This document shows, piece by piece, positions 20,982 to 31,383 of a stretch of 64,000 nucleotides of DNA (positions are counted from its first letter, which is position 1; each line of letters starts with the position of its first letter). The notes under the pieces are model-generated. The model worked only from the letters and a program-made list of their open reading frames with translations, had not been told where the DNA came from and ran no database searches. The DNA lies in the NCBI GenBank assembly GCA_024636875.1, contig JAGXGJ010000094.1, positions 700 through 64,699 of the forward strand. The letters run 5' to 3'. Both the position numbers and the translations under genes were made by a program. The DNA is from Methylococcaceae bacterium (GTDB lineage Bacteria; Pseudomonadota; Gammaproteobacteria; Methylococcales; Methylomonadaceae).

Positions 20982-21805
20982 AAAAACTCATATTAGCAAT
21001 TTTAATGATTGCCCTATACGGGTGTACTACAGAACAAATTAAAACGACCGAGGCTACATTTCATTTACCGGCGTCTATTGATCACACAGCTCACACAGCA
21101 GCCAGTCATCAATCAAGACAGCATTTGATATTGCCAATGAATAATCATGATGAACCCAATGAGATTGCCCAACAAGAAAATCTGCTGCCGCGTATTGCCC
21201 GCTACATAAAACAGGGTATTGCTTCATGGTATGGTCCCGGATTTCATGGAAAGAAAACCGCTACCGGCGAAATATTTGACATGTATGCGATGACTGCCGC
21301 TCATAAAACGCTGCCGATTCCTTCTTACGCCCAGGTAACCAATCTGGAAAATCACCGCAGTATTATTGTCAGAATAAATGACAGAGGTCCTTTTGTCGGC
21401 AACAGAGAACTGGACTTGTCCTTCGCTGCCGCAAAAAATCTGGATATGGAACAAGACGGCCTGGGGGCAGTAGAAATCAAGGTAATATCGCCCAGCCAAG
21501 CCTTGCCTCAAATGCAACAAATTGCAGCCACACAAGGGCAAAATGTATATCTGCAGGTTGGCAGTTTTGGCAGTGAAAGAAAAGCCATGAAATTAAAAAA
21601 GAAAATTGCCGCCAATCATTTACCCGAGCCTGATATTCGCTCATCTACCTACAAGAAATCGACCCTTTACAAAGTTCAAATGGGACCGATTAACTCAACA
21701 GCCACAGCTTATCAACTGAATGAACAACTGGCGGAAATAGGCATAACCGATACACAATTTGTTACTGAATCCAGACTTTCTCAAACCTCGCGTGCTACAA
21801 TGTAA
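20978..21805 (+). CDS. rlpA: Septal ring lytic transglycosylase RlpA (DPBB + SPOR)
   Basis: Lipobox LYGC, a DPBB domain (GIASWYGPGFHGKKTATGE..VRINDRGPF) and a C-terminal SPOR-like segment (VYLQVGSFGSERKA). Confidence 0.9.
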   Translation: MKKLILAILMIALYGCTTEQIKTTEATFHLPASIDHTAHTAASHQSRQHLILPMNNHDEPNEIAQQENLLPRIARYIKQGIASWYGPGFHGKKTATGEIFDMYAMTAAHKTLPIPSYAQVTNLENHRSIIVRINDRGPFVGNRELDLSFAAAKNLDMEQDGLGAVEIKVISPSQALPQMQQIAATQGQNVYLQVGSFGSERKAMKLKKKIAANHLPEPDIRSSTYKKSTLYKVQMGPINSTATAYQLNEQLAEIGITDTQFVTESRLSQTSRATM

Positions 21806-21833
21806 GTTGTTTTACTGTCGATGTTAGAGAGCA

Positions 21834-23003
21834 ATGAACCCTTTTAAAAAATTTACCCTGTTTTTATTTTTTTGCCTGCTGGTCACCCTCTTTCAGGCAA
21901 ACGCAGAAAACGCTGAAATAGTTACCCCTCCTGCCCCCACAATAGACGCCAGCGCCTATATATTACAAGACTTTCATACTGGCAAGGTACTGGCGGAAAA
22001 CAACGCGGATGCCAAGCTTGCCCCCGCCAGCCTCACCAAGATAATGACCGTTTATGTGGTGTTTAAGGAACTCAGCAATAGCCACTTACATCTGGACGAT
22101 ATGGCCACCATCAGCGAGAAGGCGTGGAAAACGCCCGGTTCACGCATGTTTATTGAGCTCGGCAACCAGGTTAGTGTTGAAGATCTGCTAAAAGGTGTCA
22201 TCATTCAATCCGGTAACGATGCCAGCGTGGCACTGGCTGAATATGTTGCAGGCCATGAAACAACTTTTGCCGACATGATGAATCAACATGCCGCACGACT
22301 GGGAATGACGAATAGCCATTTCAAAAACAGTGATGGACTGCCGATGGAAGATCATTACACCAGCGCACGTGATCTGGCTATTCTGACTGCGGCTTTAATT
22401 AAAGAATTTCCTGACTACTATCGCTGGTTTGCAGAAAGAGAATTTACCTTTAACAAAATAACGCAGCAAAACCGCAACAAGCTGCTTTCGCGTGATGAAT
22501 CCGTTGACGGCGTTAAAACCGGATTTACCGATGAAGCAGGCTATTGCCTGGTTGCATCAGCGCTCAGGGAAGACATGCGACTTATTTCAGTAGTCATGGG
22601 AGCAAAAAGTACGAAAGCCAGAGCTAGCCAGAATCAGAATCTACTCAACTACGGCTTCCGGTTTTTTGAATCGCACAGGTTGTATGAAGGAAATAAACCT
22701 CTAAATGAAGCAAGAATCTGGAAAGGTGCCAGTAAAAGCATACCGTTAGGCTTGGCCGAAGATATTTTTGCGACCATTCCCCGCCGCCATTATAATGATC
22801 TTAAAGCCGTTATTACGGTTGATAAAAAAATTACAGCGCCAGTGGAAGAAGGCGCCAAGCTGGGCTCTGTCAAGGTTACGCTCAAAGATGACGTGATCGC
22901 TGACAAAGATCTGATAGCCCTGAAATCGGTGGATAAAGGCAACATTTTTCGAAGACTCTATGATGGCGTCATGATAATGATCGAGGAGCCGGATGGAAAA
23001 TAA
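21834..23003 (+). CDS. dacA: D-alanyl-D-alanine carboxypeptidase (PBP5/6 class)
   Basis: Signal peptide plus SxxK (SLTKIMT), SGN and KTG motifs. The symbol is assigned by its rlpA-dacA-ybeD-lipB synteny position. Confidence 0.9.
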   Translation: MNPFKKFTLFLFFCLLVTLFQANAENAEIVTPPAPTIDASAYILQDFHTGKVLAENNADAKLAPASLTKIMTVYVVFKELSNSHLHLDDMATISEKAWKTPGSRMFIELGNQVSVEDLLKGVIIQSGNDASVALAEYVAGHETTFADMMNQHAARLGMTNSHFKNSDGLPMEDHYTSARDLAILTAALIKEFPDYYRWFAEREFTFNKITQQNRNKLLSRDESVDGVKTGFTDEAGYCLVASALREDMRLISVVMGAKSTKARASQNQNLLNYGFRFFESHRLYEGNKPLNEARIWKGASKSIPLGLAEDIFATIPRRHYNDLKAVITVDKKITAPVEEGAKLGSVKVTLKDDVIADKDLIALKSVDKGNIFRRLYDGVMIMIEEPDGK

Positions 23004-23835
23004 AACTGTTTACCTGAACGGTCAGTATCTGCCACTTAATGAAGCCAAAATATCGGTACTGGATCGCGGATTTTTATTCGGCGATGGGGTTTATGAAGTC
23101 ATCCCTTCCTACTCCGGTCATTTATTCCATTTTCAGGACCATTTGAAACGTTTGGAAAACAGCCTGGCGGCTATTCGTTTGTCCAACCCCCACACCAGTG
23201 AGCAATGGCTGGAAATTCTGACCCCGTTACTGGATGCAAATTTCGATCAGTATATTTATCTTCAGATTACGCGCGGAACTGCAGAAAAAAGAGATCATGC
23301 CTTTCCATCCAATACACCGGCTACTGTTTTTGCAATGTGCTCAAATATCGTCCCTTTACCCGGTTTAAATGCAGGGGTAAAGGCCATCAGCATGGATGAC
23401 AGCCGCTGGAAGTTATGCAATGTCAAAGCCATCACGCTATTGGGTAATATTTTGCACAGACAAGAGGCTATAGACCAGGACTGTACTGAAGCCCTGCTGG
23501 TGAAAGATGGTTTTGTAACTGAAGGAGCCGCCAGCAACGTTTTTGCGGTTATTGATGGCGTCTTGTGTACGCCGCCCAAAGGCAATGACATCTTGCCTGG
23601 CATTACCCGCGATGTTATTCTGGATATTGCAAGAAGAAACAACATTCCTTGCCGTGAAGAAAAAATTTCATTTGCCGCCTTGCAAACAGCCAGCGAAATC
23701 TGGGTAACCAGTTCTACCCGTGAAATCATACCGGTCGTTGAACTTGATTCCAGAATTGTGTCAGATGGCAAACCCGGCCCGGTATGGCAAATCATGAATC
23801 AACTTTTTCAAGATTATAAACAATCCCTGTTATGA
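22993..23835 (+). CDS. Class IV aminotransferase, D-amino-acid transaminase-like
   Basis: 280-aa ORF (LDRGFLFGDGVYEVIP.., ..EGAASNVF..) with the fold-type IV PLP enzyme pattern. Confidence 0.8.
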   Translation: MENKTVYLNGQYLPLNEAKISVLDRGFLFGDGVYEVIPSYSGHLFHFQDHLKRLENSLAAIRLSNPHTSEQWLEILTPLLDANFDQYIYLQITRGTAEKRDHAFPSNTPATVFAMCSNIVPLPGLNAGVKAISMDDSRWKLCNVKAITLLGNILHRQEAIDQDCTEALLVKDGFVTEGAASNVFAVIDGVLCTPPKGNDILPGITRDVILDIARRNNIPCREEKISFAALQTASEIWVTSSTREIIPVVELDSRIVSDGKPGPVWQIMNQLFQDYKQSLL

Positions 23836-24095
23836 GCGAAGAAACGCTTTTGAAATTTCCCTGCCAGTTCCCCATTAAGGCAATGGGTAAAGCCGATCTG
23901 GAACTTGATCTGCTGGTTGTAGAGATTGTGCGTCGCCATGCTCCTGATATCAAAGAGGGTGCTGTGACTACGCGCCCCAGCAAAGATGGCAATTATATCG
24001 CCATCACTGTCACGATAGAAGCCTCAAGCAAACAGCAACTGAATGCCATTTATCAGGATTTACATGATCATCCTCATGTTCTGATGGTATTGTAG
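23832..24095 (+). CDS. ybeD: YbeD-family (DUF493) protein
   Basis: 87-aa ORF (FPCQFPIKAMG..) in the conserved position upstream of lipB. Confidence 0.85.
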   Translation: MSEETLLKFPCQFPIKAMGKADLELDLLVVEIVRRHAPDIKEGAVTTRPSKDGNYIAITVTIEASSKQQLNAIYQDLHDHPHVLMVL

Positions 24096-24129
24096 GGTCC
24101 AATTCCTGAACAAACATATAACACTCTGA

Positions 24130-24735
24130 ATGGTAGTGATACGTAACTTAGGATTGCAAGATTATAAAATCACCTGGCAGGATATGCAGCGATTCACCCA
24201 GGGACGTAAAACCGAAACCGCTGATGAGCTTTGGATAATGGAACACTTTCCCGTTTATACCCTGGGTTTAAACGGGAAACGCGAGCATTTGTTGAATACC
24301 GGTTCCATTCCGGTCATTAATTCCGACCGGGGCGGGCAAGTCACCTATCACGGCCCCGGGCAACTGGTTATTTATACCTTGCTGGATATTAAAAGACTAA
24401 ATCTTGGCATACGGCAGTTAGTCACGGTTCTGGAACAAGCCATGATTTATACTTTGGCTCAGTACGGCATCCTCGCTGAATCCAGAGCCGATGCGCCCGG
24501 CGTTTATGTGAATGATAAAAAAATCGGTTCTATCGGTTTAAGAATTAAAAAAAACTGTAGTTATCATGGCCTGAGTCTCAATAACGACATGGATTTGCGC
24601 CCTTTTGACCATATCAATACTTGCGGTTATTCAGATCTTAAGGTCACTCAGATGGCTGATCTGGGTGTAACTATCAGCACCGATCAACTCGCAAATTCCG
24701 TTATTCAGGCCATCACCACGGCACTAAAACCATGA
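24130..24735 (+). CDS. lipB: Octanoyltransferase
   Basis: 201-aa ORF with LipB motifs ([24 protein letters not shown]-terminal NPCG-type CGY region). Confidence 0.93.
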   Translation: MVVIRNLGLQDYKITWQDMQRFTQGRKTETADELWIMEHFPVYTLGLNGKREHLLNTGSIPVINSDRGGQVTYHGPGQLVIYTLLDIKRLNLGIRQLVTVLEQAMIYTLAQYGILAESRADAPGVYVNDKKIGSIGLRIKKNCSYHGLSLNNDMDLRPFDHINTCGYSDLKVTQMADLGVTISTDQLANSVIQAITTALKP

Positions 24736-25688
24736 CTATTCAAGCGCCTTCCCGTTCTACTCCCGAATCACACCAGCGTAGTGCTGACAAACTGGCACGT
24801 ATTCCAATTAAAGTTGAGCCTGTAGACACAGTTTTGCGTAAACCCGGCTGGATACGCGTAAAACTGTCAGCCAGCAACGAAATCACCCGAATCAAGCAAT
24901 TATTGCGCGCACACCAGCTACACACCGTTTGTGAAGAAGCTGCCTGCCCAAATCTGTCTGAGTGTTTTCAACACGGCACCGCCACGTTCATGATAATGGG
25001 TGATTTATGTACGCGCCGCTGCCCTTTTTGCGATGTAGCGCATGGCAAACCGCTGGCGCTGGATAAGGAAGAACCGCAAAACCTGGCCGATGCGATTGAG
25101 GCAATGGCTTTGAAATATGTGGTCATAACCTCTGTGGATCGTGATGATTTAAGAGATGGTGGAGCCGGACATTTTGCCGAGTGTATAAAAAAAATCCGCC
25201 GGCAAACACCCGCGACCAAAATAGAAATTCTGGTTCCCGACTTTCGCGGGCGCATGGATAAAGCCATAGCCATACTCGCCGAAGAACCCTGCGATGTGTT
25301 CAATCATAATCTGGAAACCGTGCCCAGACTGTATAAACAGGTACGCCCTGGTGCGGATTATCAGGGTTCGCTGGAATTATTACGCCGGTATAATGAAGCC
25401 CAGCCGCAAACGCCAACCAAATCAGGGCTTATGCTTGGCGTGGGAGAGCAGCAGCAAGAAGTTCATCAGGTTATGAAGGATTTACTGGCAAACGGTTGTT
25501 CAATGCTGACCCTGGGCCAATATCTGCAGCCCAGCAATGCACATTTACCCGTTATAAGCTATATTACCCCGGCGCAGTTCGATGAGTATGGCGCTGTTGC
25601 AATGGCCCTAGGTTTCAAACAAGTCGCCAGTGCGCCAATGGTCAGATCGTCCTATCACGCAGATGTTCAGGCTAAGGCTATTATCTGA
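24732..25688 (+). CDS. lipA: Lipoyl synthase
   Basis: 318-aa radical-SAM enzyme with both Cys clusters ([12 protein letters not shown] and CTRRCPFC). Confidence 0.96.
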   Translation: MTIQAPSRSTPESHQRSADKLARIPIKVEPVDTVLRKPGWIRVKLSASNEITRIKQLLRAHQLHTVCEEAACPNLSECFQHGTATFMIMGDLCTRRCPFCDVAHGKPLALDKEEPQNLADAIEAMALKYVVITSVDRDDLRDGGAGHFAECIKKIRRQTPATKIEILVPDFRGRMDKAIAILAEEPCDVFNHNLETVPRLYKQVRPGADYQGSLELLRRYNEAQPQTPTKSGLMLGVGEQQQEVHQVMKDLLANGCSMLTLGQYLQPSNAHLPVISYITPAQFDEYGAVAMALGFKQVASAPMVRSSYHADVQAKAII

Positions 25689-25964
25689 GACTTATCATGT
25701 ACCTGGAAAAATCAGTTACCTACGATAGATGCCCGGATAATCCAGGTATCAATATATAAGGTCTGCTCACCTTCCATCAAGCAAACACTCTTTACCAAGG
25801 AACCTTTCGGGAACAACTGTATTCTTCAGCTTATCGAAACATCAAAAAATCCTGCATCCAATTTTTAGCGGCCTCTTGCCTTCCCCACTATTGCAGAACG
25901 GGGTACATTGCGCTAATCGGTTGCCTGCATAAATTTGAGTCATCAATCACTGAGGAGAATAACC

Positions 25965-26747
25965 ATGAATTTCTCGCGCATAGCACTATTGGCTTTTATC
26001 GTGGTCCTGATTGCTGCTTTTTTTATCTTCGATTTGCACAGCTACCTGACCTTTGAAGCCTTGAAGTCGCAGCAAGAAGCTATTGGTACTTACCGCAGCA
26101 TACATCCGGGCTTAGCCGTTGCTATTTATGCGCTTATTTATATCGCAGTGACCAGCCTGTCGCTGCCGGGCGCAGCCATTCTTACCCTCGCCGGAGGCGC
26201 TGTGTTCGGTTTTCTGTGGGGAACGGTGATTGTTTCCTTTGCCTCCAGCTTTGGCGCGACACTGGCCTTTCTGGCGGCCCGCTTTCTGTTTCGCGATGCA
26301 GTTAAAGCGCGTTTTGGCGAGCATTTGCAAGCCATCGATAAAGGGGTGGCAAAACAAGGCGCCTTGTATCTTTTTACCCTGAGAATGGTGCCTGTTGTTC
26401 CGTTCTTTGTGATCAACCTGGCGATGGGTTTGACGACTATAAAAATCCTGACTTTCTATTGGGTCAGTCAGGTGGGCATGCTGGCCGGTACGCTAGTTTA
26501 TGTCAACGCAGGGACTCAACTTGGCAAACTGGAGTCCCTGTCGGACATTCTGTCGCCCGGACTGCTCGGTTCTTTTGTCTTGCTGGGCATTTTCCCGTTA
26601 CTCGCCAATAAAATCGTCGAAACCGTTAAAGTCAGCAAAGCGACCGAGGCCAACAAATATGCAGCCGGCGTCTGGAAACGCAACCATGCGCCGGTAGGTT
26701 TTCTGCGTTGGGTTGGACGTTTCCATGCCTGGCGCAGGGGGAATTAA
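25965..26747 (+). CDS. TVP38/TMEM64 (DedA-related) family membrane protein
   Basis: Polytopic membrane ORF (..LSLPGAAILTLAGGAVFG..RMVPVVPFFVINLAMG..). The ATG at 25965 follows a GAGGAG SD. The track ORF begins 30 nt upstream. Confidence 0.8.
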   Translation: MNFSRIALLAFIVVLIAAFFIFDLHSYLTFEALKSQQEAIGTYRSIHPGLAVAIYALIYIAVTSLSLPGAAILTLAGGAVFGFLWGTVIVSFASSFGATLAFLAARFLFRDAVKARFGEHLQAIDKGVAKQGALYLFTLRMVPVVPFFVINLAMGLTTIKILTFYWVSQVGMLAGTLVYVNAGTQLGKLESLSDILSPGLLGSFVLLGIFPLLANKIVETVKVSKATEANKYAAGVWKRNHAPVGFLRWVGRFHAWRRGN

Positions 26748-26813
26748 TATTCAGATTCAATCTGTTGTTATTTGCGCTGCTTGTTATGTTTTCTATTTAT
26801 TATCCACTTGCTT

Positions 26814-29297
26814 ATGACCCGTTTTAATCTCGCACTAAGACTGCTTTGGCGTGACAGCCGCTCCGGCGAATTGACGATTTTATTGTTGGCATTAATTATT
26901 GCCGTTACCAGTTCAACGGCTATTGCCCTGTTTTCAGACCGCCTGCAGCGCACAATGACCACTCAGACTGCTGAATTTCTGGCGGCGGATTTAGCGATAT
27001 CCAGCCCGACGACGATTCCAGCCGCATGGGCTGAGAAGGCTGCACAACTGCATTTGGCGCAAGCGCAAACGGCTGAATTTTCCAGTGTCTTGATAGAACA
27101 TGACGAGCTGTTATTAGCGAGTATTAAAGCCGTCAGCGCAGCTTACCCCTTACGTGGTTTTTTAAAAACTACAACAGCGGATTATTCAAGCGAAACTATT
27201 ACACACAGTGGACCGGAGAAAGGTACAGCCTGGCTTGAAAAACGCATTTTGCCGGCACTGAAACTCAAATTAGGCGACCCGTTAAGAGTTGGTGAAAAAC
27301 AGCTGACCATAAGTAAAATCATTACCTATGAGCCCGACAGGCAAAGTAATTTTTACAGCTTTTCTCCCCGCGTGATGATCAACGTGGCAGATTTACAGTC
27401 TACCGGAATAATTCAACCCGGCAGTCATGTCCATTATTTTTTTCAATTTACTGGCGAAGCTAAAACGTTAAATGAATTCAAGCATTGGCTTAAACCACAG
27501 TTAAATCCATCGCAACGCATTATGGATATTCATGAGGACCGCCCAGAATTAGGGTCGGCTCTGGAGCGCGCCGAGCGTTATCTGGGGCTATCCAGCATTG
27601 TTGTCATTTTGATTTCCGGCGTAGCTATAGCAATGGCTACACGGCGTTATACCGAACGACATTTTAATGCTACCGCTCTATTACGTTGCTTGGGTCTTAA
27701 ACAAAACGAAATTCTCTGGCTGTATGGCAGCCAGTTTATTGTAATAGGCCTGTTAGCCAGTGCCACAGGTTGTTTGTTTGGCTGGTTTGCACAACAAGCC
27801 TTGTTTCATTTATTGAGAGGATTACTGCCGCAGCACGTCGCCAACCCCGGCTTATTGGCAGTTACTTTCGGCTTTATTATCGGTATGGCGGTTTTATTGG
27901 GTTTCGCTCTGCCGCCGTTATTACGGCTTAAAAAGGTGTCTCCTCTGCGAGTATTGCGCCGCGAACTGGAGCCTTTGCCTGGCAGCGCCTGGCTGATCTA
28001 TGGTTTATCCATCGGTATTATTGGCCTGTTAATATGGAAATATACCGATGATATTAAAATGACGGCAACCATTTTAGGCGTTGGCCTGATGACTTTGCTA
28101 GCGCTGGGCTCGCTGGTTTATGGCTTGTTGAATTTAACCCGCACTGTGTTGCCGTCCATGAGCCTGACCTTGCGTTTTGGCCTACAGGGCTTATTAAGAA
28201 ATAGTCGCACCAGTGTCAGTCAAATTCTGGCTTTCAGTATTACTCTGGTCGCCATGGTGCTCAGTTTTACCGTGCGCACCGATTTAATTGATAACTGGCA
28301 AAAACAGTTACCCGATAATGCGCCTAATCATTTCGCATTGAATATTTTCCCGGACCAGAAAGCAGCCTTTCAACTAGAATTGCAGCAACAACACATCAAC
28401 GTCAGTCAGTTTTATCCGGTAGTTAAAGGCCGTCTGGTAGAAATCAATAACACGCCCGTCCAACAAATTGTCAGTAAAGACAGCCAGGGCGAAAACGCCA
28501 CGCATAGAGAATTGAGCCTTACCTGGACCAAAGAACTGCCTGAAGAGAATAAAATTGTTGCCGGAAACTGGTGGGATAATCAACAAACCGGGTTGGTGTC
28601 TGTCGAACAAAAATTGGCCGATAGCCTGAAAATAAAACCAGGCGATCATTTAACTTTCACTGTTGGCGGCCAGCAAATTAACGCAGCTGTAGCCAGTATT
28701 CGTGAGCTTCGGTGGGATACCATGAAGCCAAATTTTTATATGATTTTCTCACCGGGTACACTGGATGGCTATCCCAGCACTTTTATCACCAGTTTTTATT
28801 TGCCTGAACCACAAAAAAACGTGTTAAATACGCTGGTAAAAAAATATCCCGGCACGACCATTCTGGAAGTTGATTTAATTTTGCAACAATTTAAAACCAT
28901 ATTGACGCAATTGACGCAGGCCATCAATTATTTACTATACTTTGCTTTGATGGCTGGCTTTACCGTGTTGTTTGCCGCCGTTTATGCAACCTTGGATAGC
29001 CGGATTTATGAAGGCGCATTAATGCGAACGCTGGGAGCGAATCGTTCCCTGTTAAGAAAGACCCATATCATCGAATTTAGCGTACTCGGGCTGATTTCCG
29101 GTTTGTTGGCTGTAGTCATTTCGGAGGCCTTGATTTACGTTTTGTATACGCAAGTGATGAATATGGAGTATCGTCCAAGCCCGTATTTGTGGGCTGTTGT
29201 ACCTGTTACAGCAGCTATATTCGTAGGCATGGCAGGATGCTGGGGTGTAAGACATGTGCTCAATAAATCTCCGCTACAAGTTTTAAGGGAACTTTAA
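26814..29297 (+). CDS. FtsX-like ABC transporter permease (YbbP-like, duplicated FtsX domains)
   Basis: About 827 aa, with N-terminus MTRFNLALRLLWRDSRSGELT typical of YbbP-type permeases and two blocks of TM helices separated by soluble loops. No ATPase gene is adjacent. Confidence 0.82.
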   Translation: MTRFNLALRLLWRDSRSGELTILLLALIIAVTSSTAIALFSDRLQRTMTTQTAEFLAADLAISSPTTIPAAWAEKAAQLHLAQAQTAEFSSVLIEHDELLLASIKAVSAAYPLRGFLKTTTADYSSETITHSGPEKGTAWLEKRILPALKLKLGDPLRVGEKQLTISKIITYEPDRQSNFYSFSPRVMINVADLQSTGIIQPGSHVHYFFQFTGEAKTLNEFKHWLKPQLNPSQRIMDIHEDRPELGSALERAERYLGLSSIVVILISGVAIAMATRRYTERHFNATALLRCLGLKQNEILWLYGSQFIVIGLLASATGCLFGWFAQQALFHLLRGLLPQHVANPGLLAVTFGFIIGMAVLLGFALPPLLRLKKVSPLRVLRRELEPLPGSAWLIYGLSIGIIGLLIWKYTDDIKMTATILGVGLMTLLALGSLVYGLLNLTRTVLPSMSLTLRFGLQGLLRNSRTSVSQILAFSITLVAMVLSFTVRTDLIDNWQKQLPDNAPNHFALNIFPDQKAAFQLELQQQHINVSQFYPVVKGRLVEINNTPVQQIVSKDSQGENATHRELSLTWTKELPEENKIVAGNWWDNQQTGLVSVEQKLADSLKIKPGDHLTFTVGGQQINAAVASIRELRWDTMKPNFYMIFSPGTLDGYPSTFITSFYLPEPQKNVLNTLVKKYPGTTILEVDLILQQFKTILTQLTQAINYLLYFALMAGFTVLFAAVYATLDSRIYEGALMRTLGANRSLLRKTHIIEFSVLGLISGLLAVVISEALIYVLYTQVMNMEYRPSPYLWAVVPVTAAIFVGMAGCWGVRHVLNKSPLQVLREL

Positions 29298-29370
29298 TAG
29301 TGTCATAATATTCAGATTGTATTCATAATTAACCATTAAACTATAAATAAAACTCTCAAAGGTAAACTGT

Positions 29371-29766
29371 ATGAAAAAATTAATAACCAGCACTGTTTTT
29401 GTAGCCGGCGCCTTGATCTCAGGGTGCTACAGCTACGGAGGATGGCAGCCCACCGTCGATACCTACAATGATCCTAATGCTTATCGAATCAACCAGGATA
29501 TAGCAGAGTGTAAACAACTTGCCAGCCAAGCATCGGGTGGAACCACAAAAGAAACCGCTATAGGAGCAGGGACCGGCGCCTTAATTGGAGCAGCAGGAGG
29601 TGCAATTGTTGGTGCATTCACCGGAAATCCAGGCGCGGGGGCAGCTATAGGCGCTGCAGCGGGCGGTTTTGGCGGCGGTGCGACAAAGGGTTTTAGTTCC
29701 GAAGAAAAATACAAAAATACTTATAACAACTGTATGAGCAACCGCGGACACCGCGTTGTCAGATAA
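29371..29766 (+). CDS. Glycine-zipper outer-membrane lipoprotein
   Basis: Lipobox LISGC and a Gly/Ala zipper (GAGTGALIGAAGGAIVGAFTGNPGAGAAIGAAAGG). Confidence 0.8.
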   Translation: MKKLITSTVFVAGALISGCYSYGGWQPTVDTYNDPNAYRINQDIAECKQLASQASGGTTKETAIGAGTGALIGAAGGAIVGAFTGNPGAGAAIGAAAGGFGGGATKGFSSEEKYKNTYNNCMSNRGHRVVR

Positions 29767-30104
29767 TTTGATTAACAATTAAAAGCGTCAATACTTGTAA
29801 CAAAGGGATAGGTTGCCAGAACTTTACTACATGCGGTCACGTAAATTATCAGCATCCTCTAGAAACGGCCTTACAGGATTAGTTAAAAGCCGTTATGGTG
29901 ACCGCATGGATTCAATATCCATGCCCACAATAGAATATGGGATGCCAACGACTCTTATTTAAGGGCAAGCCGTCCTTCATAGAAGACAAGCTTGAATACT
30001 GAACCTCAATCCTATCAATAATAAAATCCTGCTTGGCTTTTTGATACTTCCCGAGTTTTCTTATCATTCCTGGATCCAATCCTAACTCAGGACTTACAAC
30101 ATGA

Positions 30105-30671
30105 TCAGGAATTCAATTTATTCATCACAGCCGCCATATCCCCGGCGACCATTTCATTAATAAAGCCTTTGCTTTGATCAAAAGCTGAAACCAGCAACTC
30201 CCATTCATTTTTTGAGGGCGCAGACAACACAAAATCGGCAACTACTTTTCCTGCTGCAGGGCGGCCGATACCAATTCTCAGGCGGTAAAATTCATTTGAA
30301 CCCAAATGAGCAATAATGTCTCTTAAACCGTTATGCCCTGCATGACCACCATCTTTTTTGAGTTTTACCACGCCGGGATTGAAGTCCAGTTCATCATGAA
30401 CAACAAGAATTTCTTCAGGGAGTAATTTGTAATACCGGGCGATTTTGCCCACAGACTGGCCACTTCTATTCATAAAAGTATCCGGCTTTAACAGCATGAT
30501 CTTGCCGTTTGCAACGCTGCCCTCTGCAAACAAACCTTGAAACCTGGACTCATGGGTCCAGGTGCAGCCCATTTGCTGTGCCACGGCGTCTAAAAACAAA
30601 AACCCGGCATTGTGCCGGGTCTTTTCATACTGCCGGCCTGGATTACCCAAGCCAACGATAAGTTTTATCAT
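30105..30671 (-). CDS. pth: Peptidyl-tRNA hydrolase
   Basis: 188-aa ORF (LIVGLGNPG..YEKTRHNAGF.., GHAGHNGLRD). Confidence 0.95.
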   Translation of the reverse strand: MIKLIVGLGNPGRQYEKTRHNAGFLFLDAVAQQMGCTWTHESRFQGLFAEGSVANGKIMLLKPDTFMNRSGQSVGKIARYYKLLPEEILVVHDELDFNPGVVKLKKDGGHAGHNGLRDIIAHLGSNEFYRLRIGIGRPAAGKVVADFVLSAPSKNEWELLVSAFDQSKGFINEMVAGDMAAVMNKLNS

Positions 30672-30691
30672 CTTTGTTCTATAAGAATGCT

Positions 30692-31318
30692 TTACTCAGC
30701 AGCAGCAGCAGAAGCATCTTCAGCTTCATCGCCTTTACTGGCTTTAGAAGCCATCATGGAGACAACTGGCAAATTATGCTCAGGCCCCTGGGCCAAAACT
30801 ACAATCTCAACGCCAGCAGGCAATACCAGATCAGACAAATGAAGAGTCTCGCCAATATCCAGGCCAGCCAGATTAACTTCAATATATTCAGGCAAAGCTG
30901 AAGGCAGGCAGGAAACCTCTACATCAACCATTGAATGGGCTGCAATACCGCCTTTTTTTCCACCAATGGAGGTCTGCTCATTGATAAAATGCAAGGGTAC
31001 ATGCACCTTTACAGCCTCGGACATGCTAACCCGGAGAAAATCCAGATGCAAAATCTGAAATTTTGCAGGGTTACGCTGAACCCCTTTCAAAATTGCTTGC
31101 TCTTTTTTTCCATCAACAGTGACATCCAGCACATGAGAATAAACCGCCTCATAATTAAGATGCTTAATGACTTCATTATGATTTAGCACCAGCATTTGTG
31201 GCTCACTATGGCCACCGTATATCACTGCAGGCACATTACCCTGACGACGCATGCTTCTTGCTGCGCTCTTGCCTGATCGCCCACGACTTTCGGCAACAAA
31301 TTCAAACACCTTAGACAT
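30692..31318 (-). CDS. rplY: 50S ribosomal protein L25 (Ctc form)
   Basis: 208-aa ORF (..RRQGNVPAVIYGG..) with an acidic Ala-rich tail. It lies between prs and pth. Confidence 0.93.
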   Translation of the reverse strand: MSKVFEFVAESRGRSGKSAARSMRRQGNVPAVIYGGHSEPQMLVLNHNEVIKHLNYEAVYSHVLDVTVDGKKEQAILKGVQRNPAKFQILHLDFLRVSMSEAVKVHVPLHFINEQTSIGGKKGGIAAHSMVDVEVSCLPSALPEYIEVNLAGLDIGETLHLSDLVLPAGVEIVVLAQGPEHNLPVVSMMASKASKGDEAEDASAAAAE

Positions 31319-31383
31319 TTTACCTCACCTTTTTTGAAGTGCCCGACTTATAGCACGCACATTGAATTCTCAATCAACAATCT

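Noticed and set aside
26640-26747. The C-terminal tail of the TVP38 protein (..KYAAGVWKRNHAPVGF..) vaguely resembles the linker that precedes the flavoprotein domain in TVP38-oxidoreductase fusion proteins. This hinted at a truncated fusion.
   Set aside because: The similarity covers only a few residues recalled from memory, and I cannot verify it without an alignment. No downstream remnant of an oxidoreductase domain is visible.
26745-26757. An identical 13-mer, TAATATTCAGATT, begins at the stop codon of the TVP38 gene. A second copy (29306..29318) lies 9 nt after the stop of the permease gene.
   Set aside because: A back-of-envelope estimate gives tens of chance 13-mer repeats in a 64-kb AT-biased window. 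There is no extended similarity beyond the 13 nt.
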